Source: Leucoraja erinacea | Taxonomy: Eukaryota | Direction: 5' to 3' | DNA length: 64,000 nt | Assembly: GCF_028641065.1 (NCBI RefSeq) | Contig: NC_073380.1 | Span: forward strand, 67,952,001-68,016,000 | Part shown: piece by piece, positions 1 to 13,254 of the stretch | Layout of the letters: each line of letters opens with the position of its first letter | Position numbering within the stretch: position 1 is the first letter of the stretch | Made by a program: the position numbers and the translations under genes | The notes under the pieces: generated by a model | Databases searched by the model: none | The model's input: only the letters and a program-made list of their open reading frames with translations | What the model was told of the DNA's origin: nothing

Positions 1-1300
1 GCTACATCCTGAGGTCAGTGAGAGGCTAAATTATTGAGTGATGTCTCCGTAGATTGGCAGCTGCTTGTAAATGCCGTGGTCCCTTTGGGAAAAGCACATT
101 GACACTTGAAGCATGATATCTGAAATAAGAATGGCATATGATGGTGTCAGATCTTTTCCTGGAAATATGTATTGATCCAATACTATTTTACCCAAATTGT
201 ATCACTACTGTATTGTATGTGTTAGTTACTGGTGGTCTGGCTCCAGGGACAAACAATAGTTTATGTTGTGGGAAATGTAATGGGGTTTGTCTAATGATTG
301 TAACTGATACATGGTATTGCATAATATAGATATCTTAACAGTTCTCTTGAACATAGAATACCACTTGGGTTTGGCAATAATTGAAGAAATCAATCACCTT
401 TTCTACAAGACCTAACCCTGTGTTTAGGACTAATTGCCCTGGATTCAGGTAGCCTCAGTTGGCATCTGCTGCTTCAACCAGGAACCCTATGTGAAGACTG
501 GTGCTTCTGCAATGGCCCTCTTGGAGCCCTGTGATGGAGTCCAGAGACTACTTTGATCTTGACACCTCAAAAGAGTCCAAGTTTCAACAAAAGTAAAAGT
601 ACAAAACTGCTAGTTTCCTTGTATAATGAGCAGATCCTCTTGGAACCTGCTAACCATATAACCATATAACAATTACAGCACGGAAACTGTAATTGTTTCT
701 GCTGATGTCTTAATCTATGTAATACTGAGGTAGTAGTTTTCCCATTCTGTTTAATAAATGCAGACAACTTGTGAGCCTCTTTCTGTTTCGTGGGACAACT
801 CTCTAAGTTGATAAACTCACTAAAACCAGTGGGTTCCATGACGTAATTCCTTTGTTTCATGACCTTGCATCAACCAGCAACCCAATTGACCGTATCATCA
901 AAATCTGCAGGAGACAATTCTTTTATGCCTTAACCAACATATGAAAATTGCATTGACTTACCAGCTGGCCTTCATGCAAACATTTATACATGCCCTTGGT
1001 AGCTAAAGAACCAAAGATCTAAACATGCTACAAGTCACTAATGAACTTCCCTTGATAGTTCGCCACTCCACCTGTCCTTCAGATTATCGACACAACCAAG
1101 CAATTATAGGACCCATGCATTGATGATAATAAACTATTAAACGATGGGTTAATGAATTTGCACATCAGTGTAGTGTTGTTATACTGTAGAAATACCCTTG
1201 CTCGGTTTGGTATTCTGTTCAGATCCGAACTAAAATGTGCAATGGTGCCCTTTATAGATGACAAGAATCTACCCGTCGAGGGAAGAAAATTTTATTTTTA
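1..1300 (-). pseudogene. Possible degraded retroviral/LTR env-like coding remnant (tentative)
   Basis: Manual minus-strand translation across stops and frameshifts gives protein-like pieces: MHGSYNC, VEWRTIKG, TKGMYKC, HKLSAFIKQNGKTTTSVLHRLRHQQ, LDSITGLQEGH, YNLGKIVLDQY. No homology search was possible. Confidence 0.25.
652..698 (-). mobile_element. 47-bp CR1 3'-tail micro-insertion with inverted 5' piece
   Basis: 652-687 is identical to the CR1 tail at 41704-41739 (aaccatataaccatataacaattacagcacggaaac). CTGCT direct repeat at 647-651 and 699-703. Confidence 0.85.
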
Positions 1301-1990
1301 GGAACTGTAACTTGCATTGAAAATGAGCGAGAGCTTTCGACTGGGATGACACAAGGAACTGCAGATGCTGGAATCCTGCGTAGAATAAAAAGTGTTGTTG
1401 CCTATGTGTGGACCATCTGCCTTTTACTCCTGATTCATTTGGCCAAAAGAGAATCAGAAAAATTTGGAGCAAAATAATCTATATAACTCTGAAAGGTGAA
1501 TTTCTCAAAATAGATACTGCAATTTTCAATTCAAATTCAAATAGTTTGGCTACAAAAGGGCCTCAATGATAACACCAAACAAAAAGGAAACACTTATTTT
1601 TATTAGCAATGGTTTGTTTCATTAGGAAGTTGCTTATTTAAAATTAAGCTTTTGTGATATATATTCAGATTCAGCAAGATAATTATTAGTTTTTGTCAAA
1701 AGAATAGGAGACGTGACGAAAGTCAGAACAGCTGCATTACAAAAATGCTCCATAGAGTAAACGTATAATTTACTAATATATCAAAAATAAATCAGTGCAA
1801 AGAGTTCCCTTGAGCTGAGGACATGATGATAGTCCTGATGGATTTGCAGTATCTTGTCATTGGTTCAGGCAGGGTTCCAATAGATCAGGTTATGCTGGCC
1901 ATTCTATAAATAATTCCAGGCTTGCTTTTTATATTCTTGGTATAACCAGCGAAAAATATCAGCATTTTTAAGAGTTAAACTTGACTCCAT

Positions 1991-2915
1991 AGGGATGTTG
2001 CACGGCCGTCGAGGTCACGATCCGTGACCCGTACTGTTGCCAACTGGAGTACACGCGGTGAACTGCAGGTAAGCATTTATTATGGCTGCCAGTGTAGCGC
2101 ACCCATCTTCTGTCCCAGCATCCGGACTCCACGCTGACTGGCTGCATGGTCACGGACCCCGAGCTGCTTATCCCCGTGGCCGGGGTGTGGTGAGGGGGGG
2201 AGGTGGAGGTCTGGGGTGAGGGGGGGAGGAGGGGAAGGAGGAAGTTGAGGTGTCGGTGCAGCGCGGTCAGCGACTGGGTGAGTGGAGGGACCAGACCGTC
2301 CACAACTCTGCTGCAGCTGACTTTGCCCGGAGCCGTGGCCCCGCTCCACCTGGCCCCGTGTGCGGGCGCTGACGACCCACAGCCCTTGACAATGCAGCCC
2401 ACAGGGGACACGGGGCGGAGGGTGTCCGTGGCCGGACAGCGCGGATCCTGGGGGGGAGAGTGGGGGCTGTCCCGAGGGATGCGCTCCTTCGGCCGCTTAC
2501 ACCTTGGTGCTCGGGTTCAGGGCAAAGATATTAGATCATTTGGTTCAGAGCGCTCAGTCACCCAAAAAAAGAACCCCACAATATTGCAATCAAATTGCTC
2601 TGAGTTTGAGTTTGCTTTATATAGCGAAGGCTTATCGAGATGGTGCTGTCTGGACACGACAATGAATGGAGCTATTAGTCACGGATTGTAAAAGACGCTA
2701 CACCATGAGATAAGACAAGTTTAAACCTTATACCTTCCCACTTTCAATGTCAGCACCCACAATTATTTACAGCGCACAAATTGATCATTTTGGCATTTTT
2801 TAACAGGTAAGAAGGTATGCTTTTCGTATGTTAACAGTGTATGCCGGAAGCTGTCATGTCCCCTAGACGGATTGAGCTGCTCTGTGCGTCATGCCCTTTG
2901 ACCCGATGACCCCCT
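1991..2915. mobile_element. Putative non-autonomous GC-rich DNA transposon (ISL2EU-like termini)
   Basis: Block with a CpG-rich left half, bounded by AT|AGGG and CCCT|AT. The TIR match beyond 4 bp is weak. Confidence 0.35.
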
Positions 2916-3829
2916 ATTGCGTTTTAAATTTCTCCACTGTATTAAGATGCTCCTTTCACACCTCCATTATTTATAGTCTCACGATCATATCGTTTCCCCT
3001 CAATTATCAGGTGAAAGTTAAAGGATGATCTTTGTCATTGTAATGAATTAAAAGTAGTTGTTTTAAAGCCTGTCAAATCCCAGCTTCAATTATTGGTTGC
3101 TCTGAGTCTCGTGCTCTGTGTGTTTTGCGCTCAGCGTCTCAGCATCTCTGCGTCATGCCCTCTGGTTTTCTCTATCCACTCCCAGGAGGTCCTGATTAGC
3201 ATACCGACTACCATTGCTGGCATTTTGTTCTATTAATGAAAATGTTAATACAACTTTTGTATAACTTTAGGTTAAGTAAGTACGAGATGCTTGACACGTG
3301 TATCTGATATCAGGGATTCAAATTGTCAAAAGGATAATAATAAAACCATTCATTTGGCACAGAATGCATTAAACCAGCATGAAACCCGTTAAAACAAAAT
3401 ACATACCCTCACAGTCTTGCGTGGATTGTTTGTTAATCTTACCAATCTATTCTGTTATTTAAACCAGTGCATTTTTGAGATGTGAGGATTAAATGCTTCT
3501 GGTGTGATTTCTGTAAATGTTAGCCTGAAATTAAGTGGAAGGGTGCAAGGGATTACAGTAGCGTATGAAACCCTGCTAAAGAAAGGACCCAAGATCCTGC
3601 AGCCCTGAGCACGAGGGCTTCATGTATATCAGTTGCCGCTCCCCTCCACTAACAATCTAGCCATGCTGACAGCCTGAGCTGCAAGTGGAGGTTAGAGCAT
3701 GCGGAAGAAGGTTGTGGCTGATGATCCCCAGTAGTAAGTAGCAGGTGAAGACTTCAGACTGATGTACAAAGGTGGAGAATAGAGGACAGGCTAAGAGAGG
3801 GGTCATGGAAGTTGTTCAGCAGATTATCA

Positions 3830-4326
3830 TAAAACATAGGAAGAGTACAGTACAGGGAACAGGTCCATTGGTCTGTGTCGAACATGATGCCAAGATAAAC
3901 TAATCTCATCTGCTTTCACAGATCCATATCCTTCTATTTCCTACATAGACATGTGCCTATCTAAAAGCTGCTTTAATGCCAGTATCCATATCTGCCTCCA
4001 CCACTGTCCCTTTGTGTAAAAGAAAACCTGCGCCACACATATCATTTAAAATTTCTCCTCAATCTTTAAAACTATGCTCCCTAATCTTTGACATTTCCAC
4101 CCTGGCAAGGAGGTACTACTGTCTACCATCTCCATGCCTCTCATAATTGTATGTACTTCTTTTAGGTCTTCCCTCAACTTCCGGCAATCCAGAGCAAACA
4201 ATCCGAGTTTGTCCAACCTCTCCTTGTAGCGAATACCCTCTAATTCAGGCATCATGTTGATAAACTCCTTCTGCACCCTCTCCAGAGGGTCCATATCCTT
4301 CCTGCAATGGGGGCGACCAGAACTAC
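3830..4326 (-). mobile_element. CR1 LINE 3' fragment
   Basis: ORF 4046-4432 contains LERVQKEFINMMPELEGIRYKERLDKLGLFALDCRKLREDL, typical of the CR1 ORF2 C-terminus. Confidence 0.85.
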
Positions 4327-4574
4327 TGAAGGTAGATGGATCAGGTGAAGGGAGAGAGGCTTCAGTGAAGTACAGCATGGGATGGAACATTGTTACTTTA
4401 GCCTGGAAAGTACCTGGCCAGATATCGTGCAAACAATCTGCTTCATTTATTACTACATATTGTCTCTCCTATGAATTTTGATGGCTTAGGATGTGTTTTT
4501 AAAATATTTTAAATTGGCAGTAATGAGGACGGTTCAGGCTGAGTGTTGGTTAACACAAATATGGCCCTCGTACC

Positions 4575-4752
4575 TTTAGACATTAGAGAGATATAGTGTG
4601 GAAACAGGCCCTTTGGCCCACTGAGTCCATGCCATTCAGTGCTCACCCTGCACACATACTATCCCACTTACCAGGGACAATTTATAATTTACACAAGCCA
4701 ATTAACCTACAAACCTGTATGGCGTTTGAGTTTAAGTGGAAACCGGAGCACC
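4575..4752 (-). mobile_element. V-SINE (HE1-like) 3' half
   Basis: Reverse complement matches the 7160-7477 copy (agccaattaacctacaaacctgta; ggaaacaggccctttggccca). Confidence 0.7.
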
Positions 4753-5001
4753 GTATGACTTCTGTAGTTGAGGAAATATGTAAATTATCCAAGTGGTGGA
4801 AAAGGGTGTCAACTATTCATCCCTGTGGTGAACAGATTTGTAGATTTAGATGTAGATGCCAGATGATCTGCAGGCTGTAATGAGGCACACACCTGGCCAT
4901 CCAAAGCAGGGGTCCTTCCTATAGTACCACCATTGTTATGGTTTGTGTGCAAATGACAAAGAACACTGTTCTCTGACACCTCTCTCCCCTTGCTGTATGG
5001 C

Positions 5002-6180
5002 TCTGTCTCCATCACAGAAGACAGACTATTGTCTGACCCACTACAAACTCACCGACTCCCAAAGTTATCTGAACTGCACTTCCTCCCACCCCGCCGCTTG
5101 CAAAGACTCTATCCCCTAACTTCTCTGTCTCTGCTGCATCTGCTCCCAAAACAAATCTTTCCATTCTAGGATATCTGAGATGTCCTCTTTCTTTAGTAAA
5201 GGTATTCCCCCTTGTGTCATAGCTGGATCTCTCAACCGCATCTCGTCTATGTCCTGTAGTTCTGCTCTCACTACCCCTCCCCCAGTTGGAACAAGGATAG
5301 TTCCACTGGTCCTCACCTTTCTCCCCACCAGCCTCTGCATCCAACATCTCATCCTCCAACATATCCGCCACCTCCAATGTAATCCCACTTCCAGTCACAT
5401 CTTCCCATCCCCACCCCTTTCTGCCTTCCACGGAGAATGCTCTCTCCACAAATCTTTGGTTCACTCATCCCATCCCACCCAAACCACACCTTCCTCAGGT
5501 ACTTTCCCCTGTAACCTCAGGAGATCTAATACCTGTCCCGACACCTCTTCCCTCACTTCATCCAAGAACTCCAGCAATCCTTCCAGGTAAGACAGAGTTT
5601 CACGTGCACCTTCTTTACCTACTGCATCTGGTGTTCCCAATGTTTACATCAGCAAGACCAAGACCAAGTGTAGACTTGACCACCATTTCGTCGAACACCT
5701 GCTCGGTCCGCCAGGGCCTACTGGATCTCCTAGTTGCTGACCACTTTAACCCCTCTTCCCATTGCATATTGACCTTTCTGTCTTGTGCCTCCTCCATTGC
5801 AAGAATGAGGCCACATGCAAACTGGAACAGCACCTCACATTCTGCTTGGGTAGTTTACAACCCAATGGTACGAATATTGAATTCTTCAATTTTGGGTATC
5901 TTACCCAAACCTTCCCGTTCTCCCCAAACCACCCCATTCTCCGCCCACTCTTTGTCTCTCCCCACCCCCTTCGTCCCTCTTCCCCACCTGGACTTACACA
6001 CAATTCTCCCGTTCCCCCTTCCTTTGGCTTCATAATTTTCAAATCTACCCCCCCTGCTATCAATCTGAAGAAGGATCCCAACCTGAAATGTCACCTCTTT
6101 GGGGACGCTGACTGACCTGCTGAGTTACTCCAGCACTTTGTGTCTTTTTTTGTTGTAAACCAGCATCTGCAGTTCCTTGT
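5002..6180 (+). mobile_element. Penelope-like retroelement, 5'-truncated (RT C-terminus, GIY-YIG, terminal repeat)
   Basis: Frameshifted protein MSSFF..GIP..RIVPLVLTFLPT..HIFPSPPLSAF..KLEQHLTFCLGSLQPNGTNIEF, homologous to 17630-18748. Ends in the ctgaagaagg..cctgaaatgtc terminal repeat. Confidence 0.9.
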
Positions 6181-6824
6181 TTCTACTCAGCAGGTCAGGC
6201 AGCTTCAATGGGAAGTCAAACAGCAAACATTTCCACTCCAAGAATCTACAAGGTCAGTTTTGCTTTCTACAGATGCTTCCTGACCTGCTAAATGTTTCCT
6301 GCAGTTTCTCTTTTGATCCCCAATTGATCCATGCTGAGTTTGGCACAACGTCCATCATTTTTCTGTTCAACAATCACAGAAAGATGTCAGCCCTTAAAGG
6401 GATGCTTCACAATCCCCTGACCCGTTATGGCTGTCATGGAGGAAACAGAAACTGCAGAGATGGTGGGGTAAGGGAGAATACCTCACATATTTACTCGGAG
6501 AGATGTGTAAGTAGATACATGACAGGAGCCTGGAGACCCACCAAGATCTTATGAAAATCTCAGCAGAGGGTGGCTTCAGTAGTTTCATTCAGGAGTGGGA
6601 ATCTCTGCAGAGTGGAGCAAAGCACTGATAAATCCCATGACGATACAAGACTTGGCAACAAGATCTATGGTTTAGATCTGTAAAGTGCAGATCCTCACCC
6701 AAAATGGGTTTTTTTTGTGTGGCGTTCAGAAAGTTGCCACTCATCAGTACAGAAGTACAGATATTGAAGTAATTGGTGCAGGAATTAATTCAATCATTTG
6801 TTAAATTTAGTTCTGGTAACCTGC

Positions 6825-6925
6825 AGACACAAGGAACTGCAGTTGCTAAAAATTGAGCAAAACAAAGTACTGGAAGAACTCAGCGGGCCAGGCAGCATCT
6901 ATGGGGGGAATGGATAGGTGATCAT
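6825..6925 (-). mobile_element. Penelope terminal-repeat fragment
   Basis: acaaggaactgcag..ctggaagaactcagcgggccaggcagcatct matches the other pLTR copies. Confidence 0.7.
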
Positions 6926-7063
6926 TGACCAGCAACGAGTTTTACCAAAACTCTTTTCCATCAAGCATGATGTAAAGAATTGCATTCCGATTTATGTCAG
7001 CATCGACAGGACATGAGCTACCTGAAAATGAATTCATTCGATGTGCACCTAACACATGTAATC

Positions 7064-8105
7064 ATGATCATAGAGGCATGAAATTATACAGCACAGAAAC
7101 GGCCCTCGCCCATGCCGACTGAAGAGCCTTCCTGAGCCAAGCCTATTTGGCTGGCCGATGTAGGGTGGCGCAGCGGTAAAGTTGCTGCCCTACAGCACTT
7201 GCAGCGCCGGAGACCCGGGTTCCATCCCGACTACGGGTGCTCTCTGTACGGAGTTTGAACGTTCTCCCCGTGTCCGCGTGGGTTTTCTCCAAGATCTTCG
7301 GTTTCCTCCCACACTCTAAAGACGTACAGGTTTGTAGGTTAATTGGCTTCGTATAAGTGTAAATTGTCCCTAGTGAGTGTAGGATAGTGTTAATGTGCGG
7401 GATCGCTGATCGGTGCTGAGTCGGTGGGCTGAAGGACCTGGCTCTTCGCTGTATCTCTAAACTAAACTAAACTGAACAAAGCCTGCACTGGGCCCATATC
7501 ATTCTAAACCTTTCTTATCCATGAACCTGTCCAAATGTTTTTTAAACATTGTAATTGTACCTGCTAGAACCATTTTCTCTGGCAGCTCATTCCATTTACC
7601 CAGTGTCCTCTGTCCCTCAGATCCTGCTTAAAACTTTCCTCCTTATCCTTAAAGCTAGCAGCTCTCATTTTATACTCCCTTGTCCTATGTTCATTTACTT
7701 TATCTGTGCCCAACAGTATTTTATAAACCTTTATAAGGTCACCACTCAGCCTCCTTTGCTCCAGGAAAAACAGTCCTTGACTATCCAGTCTCTTCCTATA
7801 ACTCAAGTCCTCCAGTCTCAGCACCATCCTTGTGATTTTTTTTCCTGCATCTCTTAAATGCCATAATCATATCTGCCTCCACCAACACCCACGGCAATGT
7901 CTTCCATGCACTCACTACTCCCTGTTTATAAAAAGACTTGCCCTGCACATCTCCTTTAAACTACTCCTCTCTCACCTTAAAACTATACCCTCTAGTATTT
8001 AATATTTCCATCCTGGAAATACTTTTTTTATCTACATCTATCAGGCCTCCCCACAATCTCCGGCATTCCAGAGAAGAAAGTCCGAGTCTGTCCAACCTCT
8101 TCTTA
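7064..8105 (-). mobile_element. Two tandem CR1 3' fragments, the first interrupted by a V-SINE
   Basis: LSYRKRLDSQGLFFLEQRRLSGDLIKVYKI (7564-7827) and KRLDRLGLSSLECRRLWGGLIDV (7961-8105). Confidence 0.75.
7160..7477 (+). mobile_element. V-SINE (HE1-like tRNA-derived SINE), near full length
   Basis: A box TGGCGCAGCGG, B box GGTTCCATCCC, central gagtttgaacgttctccccgtg..ggtttcctcccacac domain, (CTAAA)n tail. Confidence 0.9.
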
Positions 8106-8119
8106 TATTTTTGAGTCCA

Positions 8120-8350
8120 GGCCTGGAGGAATATCTGGTTATAACCAGCACAGGTTGGGAAAAGATCCCCTGATTGGGGTGCCATGTGGAGTCGTAGATG
8201 AGGGATTTGGACGAGGATGTTAGCTGATTTGGGATAGGAAATGGGAACAGATCTGCAAGTATAGAAACATTCCAAGCAAAGACTACCAATGTGAACGCTT
8301 GTGCTTGGACTCTTGGTAAATTGCATCTTCAACTGCAAAAGAGGATTTGT
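8120..8350 (+). mobile_element. Possible old L1/Tx1 ORF2 fragment
   Basis: tgggaacagatctgc (WEQIC) context resembles the L1 C-terminal W-E-x-D-L..W region. Highly degenerate. Confidence 0.25.
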
Positions 8351-10429
8351 ATGAAACAAGAATGGCTGCACCCTGTCAATGTGTATTAATTGGAGCTTGC
8401 TGTTTTCCTGGACCAATCATCTTAATTAATCATCTTATATTCATTTATAGATTTTGTTTTTGTTTCCATGTCTATGTGTATCCATGTTGATGCCATTAAC
8501 TTCACAGATCACAAGAATGATATGAAGCTGTTACTTTCCACTTTATCTGGCATTTCCGCCTTAACCAAGAAGAATTCAACAGGCATACACTTCAGTATAT
8601 GAAGTGTTTTGATTGGTATTCTTAGTTGATTGATGAGAGGTCCAGGCTCAATATTAATGTTCTGTAATGTATCCAAAGGCCAAGTGATGGTTATTGGTGC
8701 TATGGTTTGGAGAATTAAAAGAAGGGCCATTTCTGTAATTTCAGGACAAGATATGGAATGATAAGTATGCAATCCAATCATGGCGGTGACAGCAAGAGTT
8801 CAAGCAAAACTTAAGCTAACATTTCAGAAATTCTGGATAAAATAGAGATTAAATGGTATATTTTCTCATTAATAGTTCACCATTATATTAGGATGATACA
8901 TTAATTCGCATATCACTATCTTAATTGGTACACGTGACAATAAAAGACCTTTGAAACCATTTGAAACCTTTGAAGTGCCAGCCTAAGTCACAAATCTGCT
9001 GTTAGAGGCTGAGTAATTTAATTCAGGTATCTAATAACTTCCAAATGCTAATATGAGGAAAATTTAAAAAGTGCACCCTCATTTTTTGTGTTAACAAAGC
9101 TCATGAATGGAATAAGACAAACGATTTAAGCCTTTAGAAACAAGTCAAAATGCATCAATTGGAAAACATGAACATTTAGTTGTAAGATACTTGATGGTTT
9201 TTATTTTGATATATAGTTTTCACAGCAAAAGTTCTTCACACATACCGACAAGGGTGTTTCTTGTCAATACCTGGAAATGGATTATCTGTATTCAATATTT
9301 TGCTCCATTGGGTTTAGTAGATATCTGGGTTAAATTCTTAGCTTTGTATTGAATACTATCCCAAGAGATTTACCACGTACTCAAAGAGAACTAAGTAATC
9401 ATGGGATTTAAAAAAACAACGTTATTTTAAGTAAATTCATTGTCCAAATGGAACACAAAAATACCTCAGAAGTGGTGCATGAAATTATTGTTTTTTTCCA
9501 CTAGAATAGAAATTCATATTACATTCGACTGTCTGGTCACATGCTGAGTATCTTGTAAAGATTATCACATGCCAGTCACACTAAGCCTCAGTAGTGCCGC
9601 TCGGTATCATTAGTCTCAGCATCAATTAATACTCTCCTGACCTCATCTTATGTCAAACTTGCAGCAAATTATCAGTGCATATTTTTTTCAGAGCTGGGGA
9701 GAAAACATTATGCCAGGGTATGATTTAAAAATTGTAGACCAAACAACAGATTTTCTCATCTGCAGCATCAAATGCATTTCATTAAGCTTTGAGGGCAAGT
9801 AACAAGGAAGACTGAATAGCCCAGGTGGTAAAGAAAGACTTAGAGGTATAATGGAAGGTTAACATTCCAGATGGGATATGGAAGATCAACAGCAGCTGAA
9901 AATGTTGATCCCACTCTGTGTGTAAACTGAAGAAAAATGTCCAAACTGTCATGATCTACTGATTAAAGGATCTGCTGTGTACACTGGTCAACCTTTATCC
10001 TGAACCCTGATTAGACTTCATTTTTTTCGCCCCACACTGCATTAACATCATTGAAAGGGTTTGACATTTGCAGTTAACTCCTTCCTCACCGCTGTGACTC
10101 TAATTTTTCAAGTACTATTATATTTTCTTTCACGCATTAGCTGAGATGCGTTTCAGTTAATTCTTCCCTCATGGAAAATGTGCAGCTGTCCAGAACATTG
10201 TGTAATTCATACTTTCTGGGTTAAGTAAAAATACTGTAGTGATTTTACGTAATACATTAAATAATAGTCTATGCTCTGAGTGAGGCATAACTTTCTTAGA
10301 TTCTTGAATTGTCTCCTCTATGCTTTGTTAAACTTGTTCAAAAATATATTTACGGATATCTCTGCACAAATATAAGACTAAAATGTATCTATTTAATCTA
10401 TTTTAATTCCTTAGTTCCTCAGTTCTAGT

Positions 10430-10710
10430 TAGAAACATAGAAACATAGAAATTAGGTGCAGGAGTAGGCCATTCGGCCCTTCGCTTCCCCGCTTTAGTTT
10501 ATAATTCCCGCTTTAGTTTAATTTAAAGATACAGCATGGAAACAAAATGAATACAGCATGAATACAGCTGTACATCCTATATACAGGATGGATACATATA
10601 AATACAGCATGGTGGCCTTTCGGCCCACCATGTCAACGTCAATCACTGATGGCCCATTCACACTAGTTCTACGTTATCCCACTTTCTCATCTACACACTA
10701 GGGGCAAACC
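10430..10710 (-). mobile_element. CR1 tail plus V-SINE 3' fragments
   Basis: (AGAAACAT)n then ggtgcaggagtaggccattcggccct; cactagttctacgttatcccactttctc. Confidence 0.6.
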
Positions 10711-12091
10711 AAAGAGGTCTTGATTGATTGCTATTAATTCAGTGCTTAAATAAGAATGAACCATTACTGATTATAACATTTCTTCTGGTAAGCTGATGCC
10801 CAGTCAAGCATGAACTGTGAGGGAATGTGTGGTGTGACAAGATGTCTTGCAAGAAGTGTCACCACCAAGTTTGGGGCTGCAGTTCAACACTTCAGCACTG
10901 GTTGAGGCAGTGTTCTCAAACAACACTATTTTTTGTAGTACGCAATTCTTATTGGTGCAATAATCTACGCTGCCAATAACCAGTGCTCATATTTAGTTAC
11001 TATCTTCCTAAAGAAATCTCCTTTGACTGGATCCAACAACCTTTCCCTGCTTTCCTTTTTAAATTCCCAATACAGTCATTAGATACTTGTTTTGAAGTCG
11101 ACAGATGTTGGACCTTACCAAAGCAAAATACATTTGATGATTTATTGTGTGCAAAAGAATTATTAACATATAATGGTTTGATATAATGTCAATTTTTTTG
11201 CTCAAATAACAAGAGGCCCTGGTTTCCTGGCAATGACGTGATGGCATGGACTATGAGTACCAGAGCTGGTAATTCATTTCTGGGGCTTTCTCCAACTAAA
11301 ACATGTTATTGATATACTTTTGGCTTGGGTTTGCAGTAGTCATTGAAGTGGAGTGGCTACTTGTTAGCTGAGAAATAGGCTGCTGACGCTGATATTTCTA
11401 ATAAAAGGAACTTGTAATTCGTAAAGGAAGCCTCATCCAGCAATTGAATGGGGTACGGAGACCAAACAAACTCAGCCAAGAAATCTAGGAAAATTCTACC
11501 CTACTAATGTGAACGTTCAATGTGAAAATGCTGTCAAAATGTTATTCCATCAAATTGATTTTCCCATTGTGTCGTACAACTCCATCCACCCCCCCCCCCC
11601 CCCATGTGCTGTAATGTTATACTTTTAATACAGAAAGAAACCGATTGTTTTGACCAGGTCAGCTTACTTGGAACAGTCCAGTGTTGCCAATCCAGAAATG
11701 TGGTGGGAGCTGTGAATAGATCTGAATACAGGTGGAATATTAGGAATAGTACTGTTTAGATCCATGTGTTAATTATTCAGGTGTAGCAGAGTTTCAAAGA
11801 AAAGAGATGAGGACCTTTAGATTCCTTCAGTTCAATAACAATCTTTTAAAATGTATGGCGCCAGAAAGTGGTGAAATGAGGATCATGATTGCACTTTACC
11901 AGTCCTCAGAGTTCAAGATCAAGAGAGTTTATTGTCATGTGTCCCAGAAAGGACATTTAAATTCTTGCTTTGCTTATTAACGTCCAACTGCAACGTCACT
12001 GAATTTGGAAGCAAGTGACGTTCACCCAAGCAGGACAGAAAGAGATGCCCTCTTTGATAAAAAAAAACAGACAATTTATGTATACCCTGAA

Positions 12092-12287
12092 NNNNNNNNN
12101 NNNNNNNNNNNNNNNNNNNNNNNNNNNNNNNNNNNNNNNNNNNNNNNNNNNNNNNNNNNNNNNNNNNNNNNNNNNNNNNNNNNNNNNNNNNNNNNNNNNN
12201 NNNNNNNNNNNNNNNNNNNNNNNNNNNNNNNNNNNNNNNNNNNNNNNNNNNNNNNNNNNNNNNNNNNNNNNNNNNNNNNNNNNNNNN
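12092..12287. other. Assembly gap
   Basis: Run of N. Confidence 1.
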
Positions 12288-13254
12288 CTGCCTGTGGCAG
12301 CAATAGTAGAAGGCCAGTAAGGTGAAATTCATTGCTTAATAAGGGCATTCACATTGGGTATTCTTGTGATAATAAATGTATATATCAAGGCCTTGCTGCC
12401 TTGTCCGTTTAATTGCTTCTTGTGCTCCTTAACAAGGCAATCTTAATCAGTCTGGACCATGTTATGAATAATTTAGAGATCAGCAAACTTCACATTTAAT
12501 AAACTGTATCAGGTTATTAAACTTAAGTGCACTGTTTAGAGAAAACATGCAAAACACTTTTGGCTCTTCATTAAGTTAAGGTAAAAACAGTGAGTGAGTT
12601 GCTCCAGCAGTTGTGTTTCATAAGGAACAGCTGTTTTTCCTACCCCTCAGCCTGTTTCTTGTGCATCATAGGCCACAGCACGAAGACATAATGGGAAATA
12701 TGAGCAGCAGTCAAATTCTAGTTATAAAATGAGACTGCAGACAGTTTGTGGAAATACAGTGAAATCTATGAACTGCACTGGCTTTATGGTTATTTGAAAC
12801 AGCACTCTAAGGTGCATATTTCTGATTTGTTTTAGTAAAATATAAATAGGCTTTAGGCAAGTCGGTTCATTTTGGGTTTCAATACAGATCCACAAAGGCT
12901 TTAATCAATAACTAATGTGTTTGATTTTGTAATAACAGTATTATCACGTTGGAGATTGGAATTTGCAACTCCTTGTTGTGTGATCTGCTTTATATCACAT
13001 TATATTCTATTCATTATAAATAATCTATCAAATCCACTAATTTTACATCTGACAAATACCTGGACAGTTTGTCTTGCAGAAATTCATCAAATATGTTCCC
13101 TACATAAAGATGATATTGCAAATAAAAAAGATTTACAAAATATTTTAAAAAAAAACAATTGTGTGTCTTAAGTTTTGACGATGCATATTGCTGGAATCCA
13201 AAAATATAAGACTATGTTTTAGCTTTTTACTAGATCTGAGCTGTCAAAACTAAA

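Noticed and set aside
1968-2691. Overlapping ORFs of 89-162 aa
   Set aside because: Low-complexity products of GC-rich DNA, open on both strands, with no recognisable domain.
7160-7235. tRNA gene
   Set aside because: The A and B boxes continue into a SINE body and tail; this is a tRNA-derived SINE head.
8509-8781. 90-aa minus-strand ORF as a host exon
   Set aside because: No recognisable homology and no convincing splice-site pair.
11919-12348. ORFs spanning the N run (also 39088-39525)
   Set aside because: Open only because of assembly gaps.
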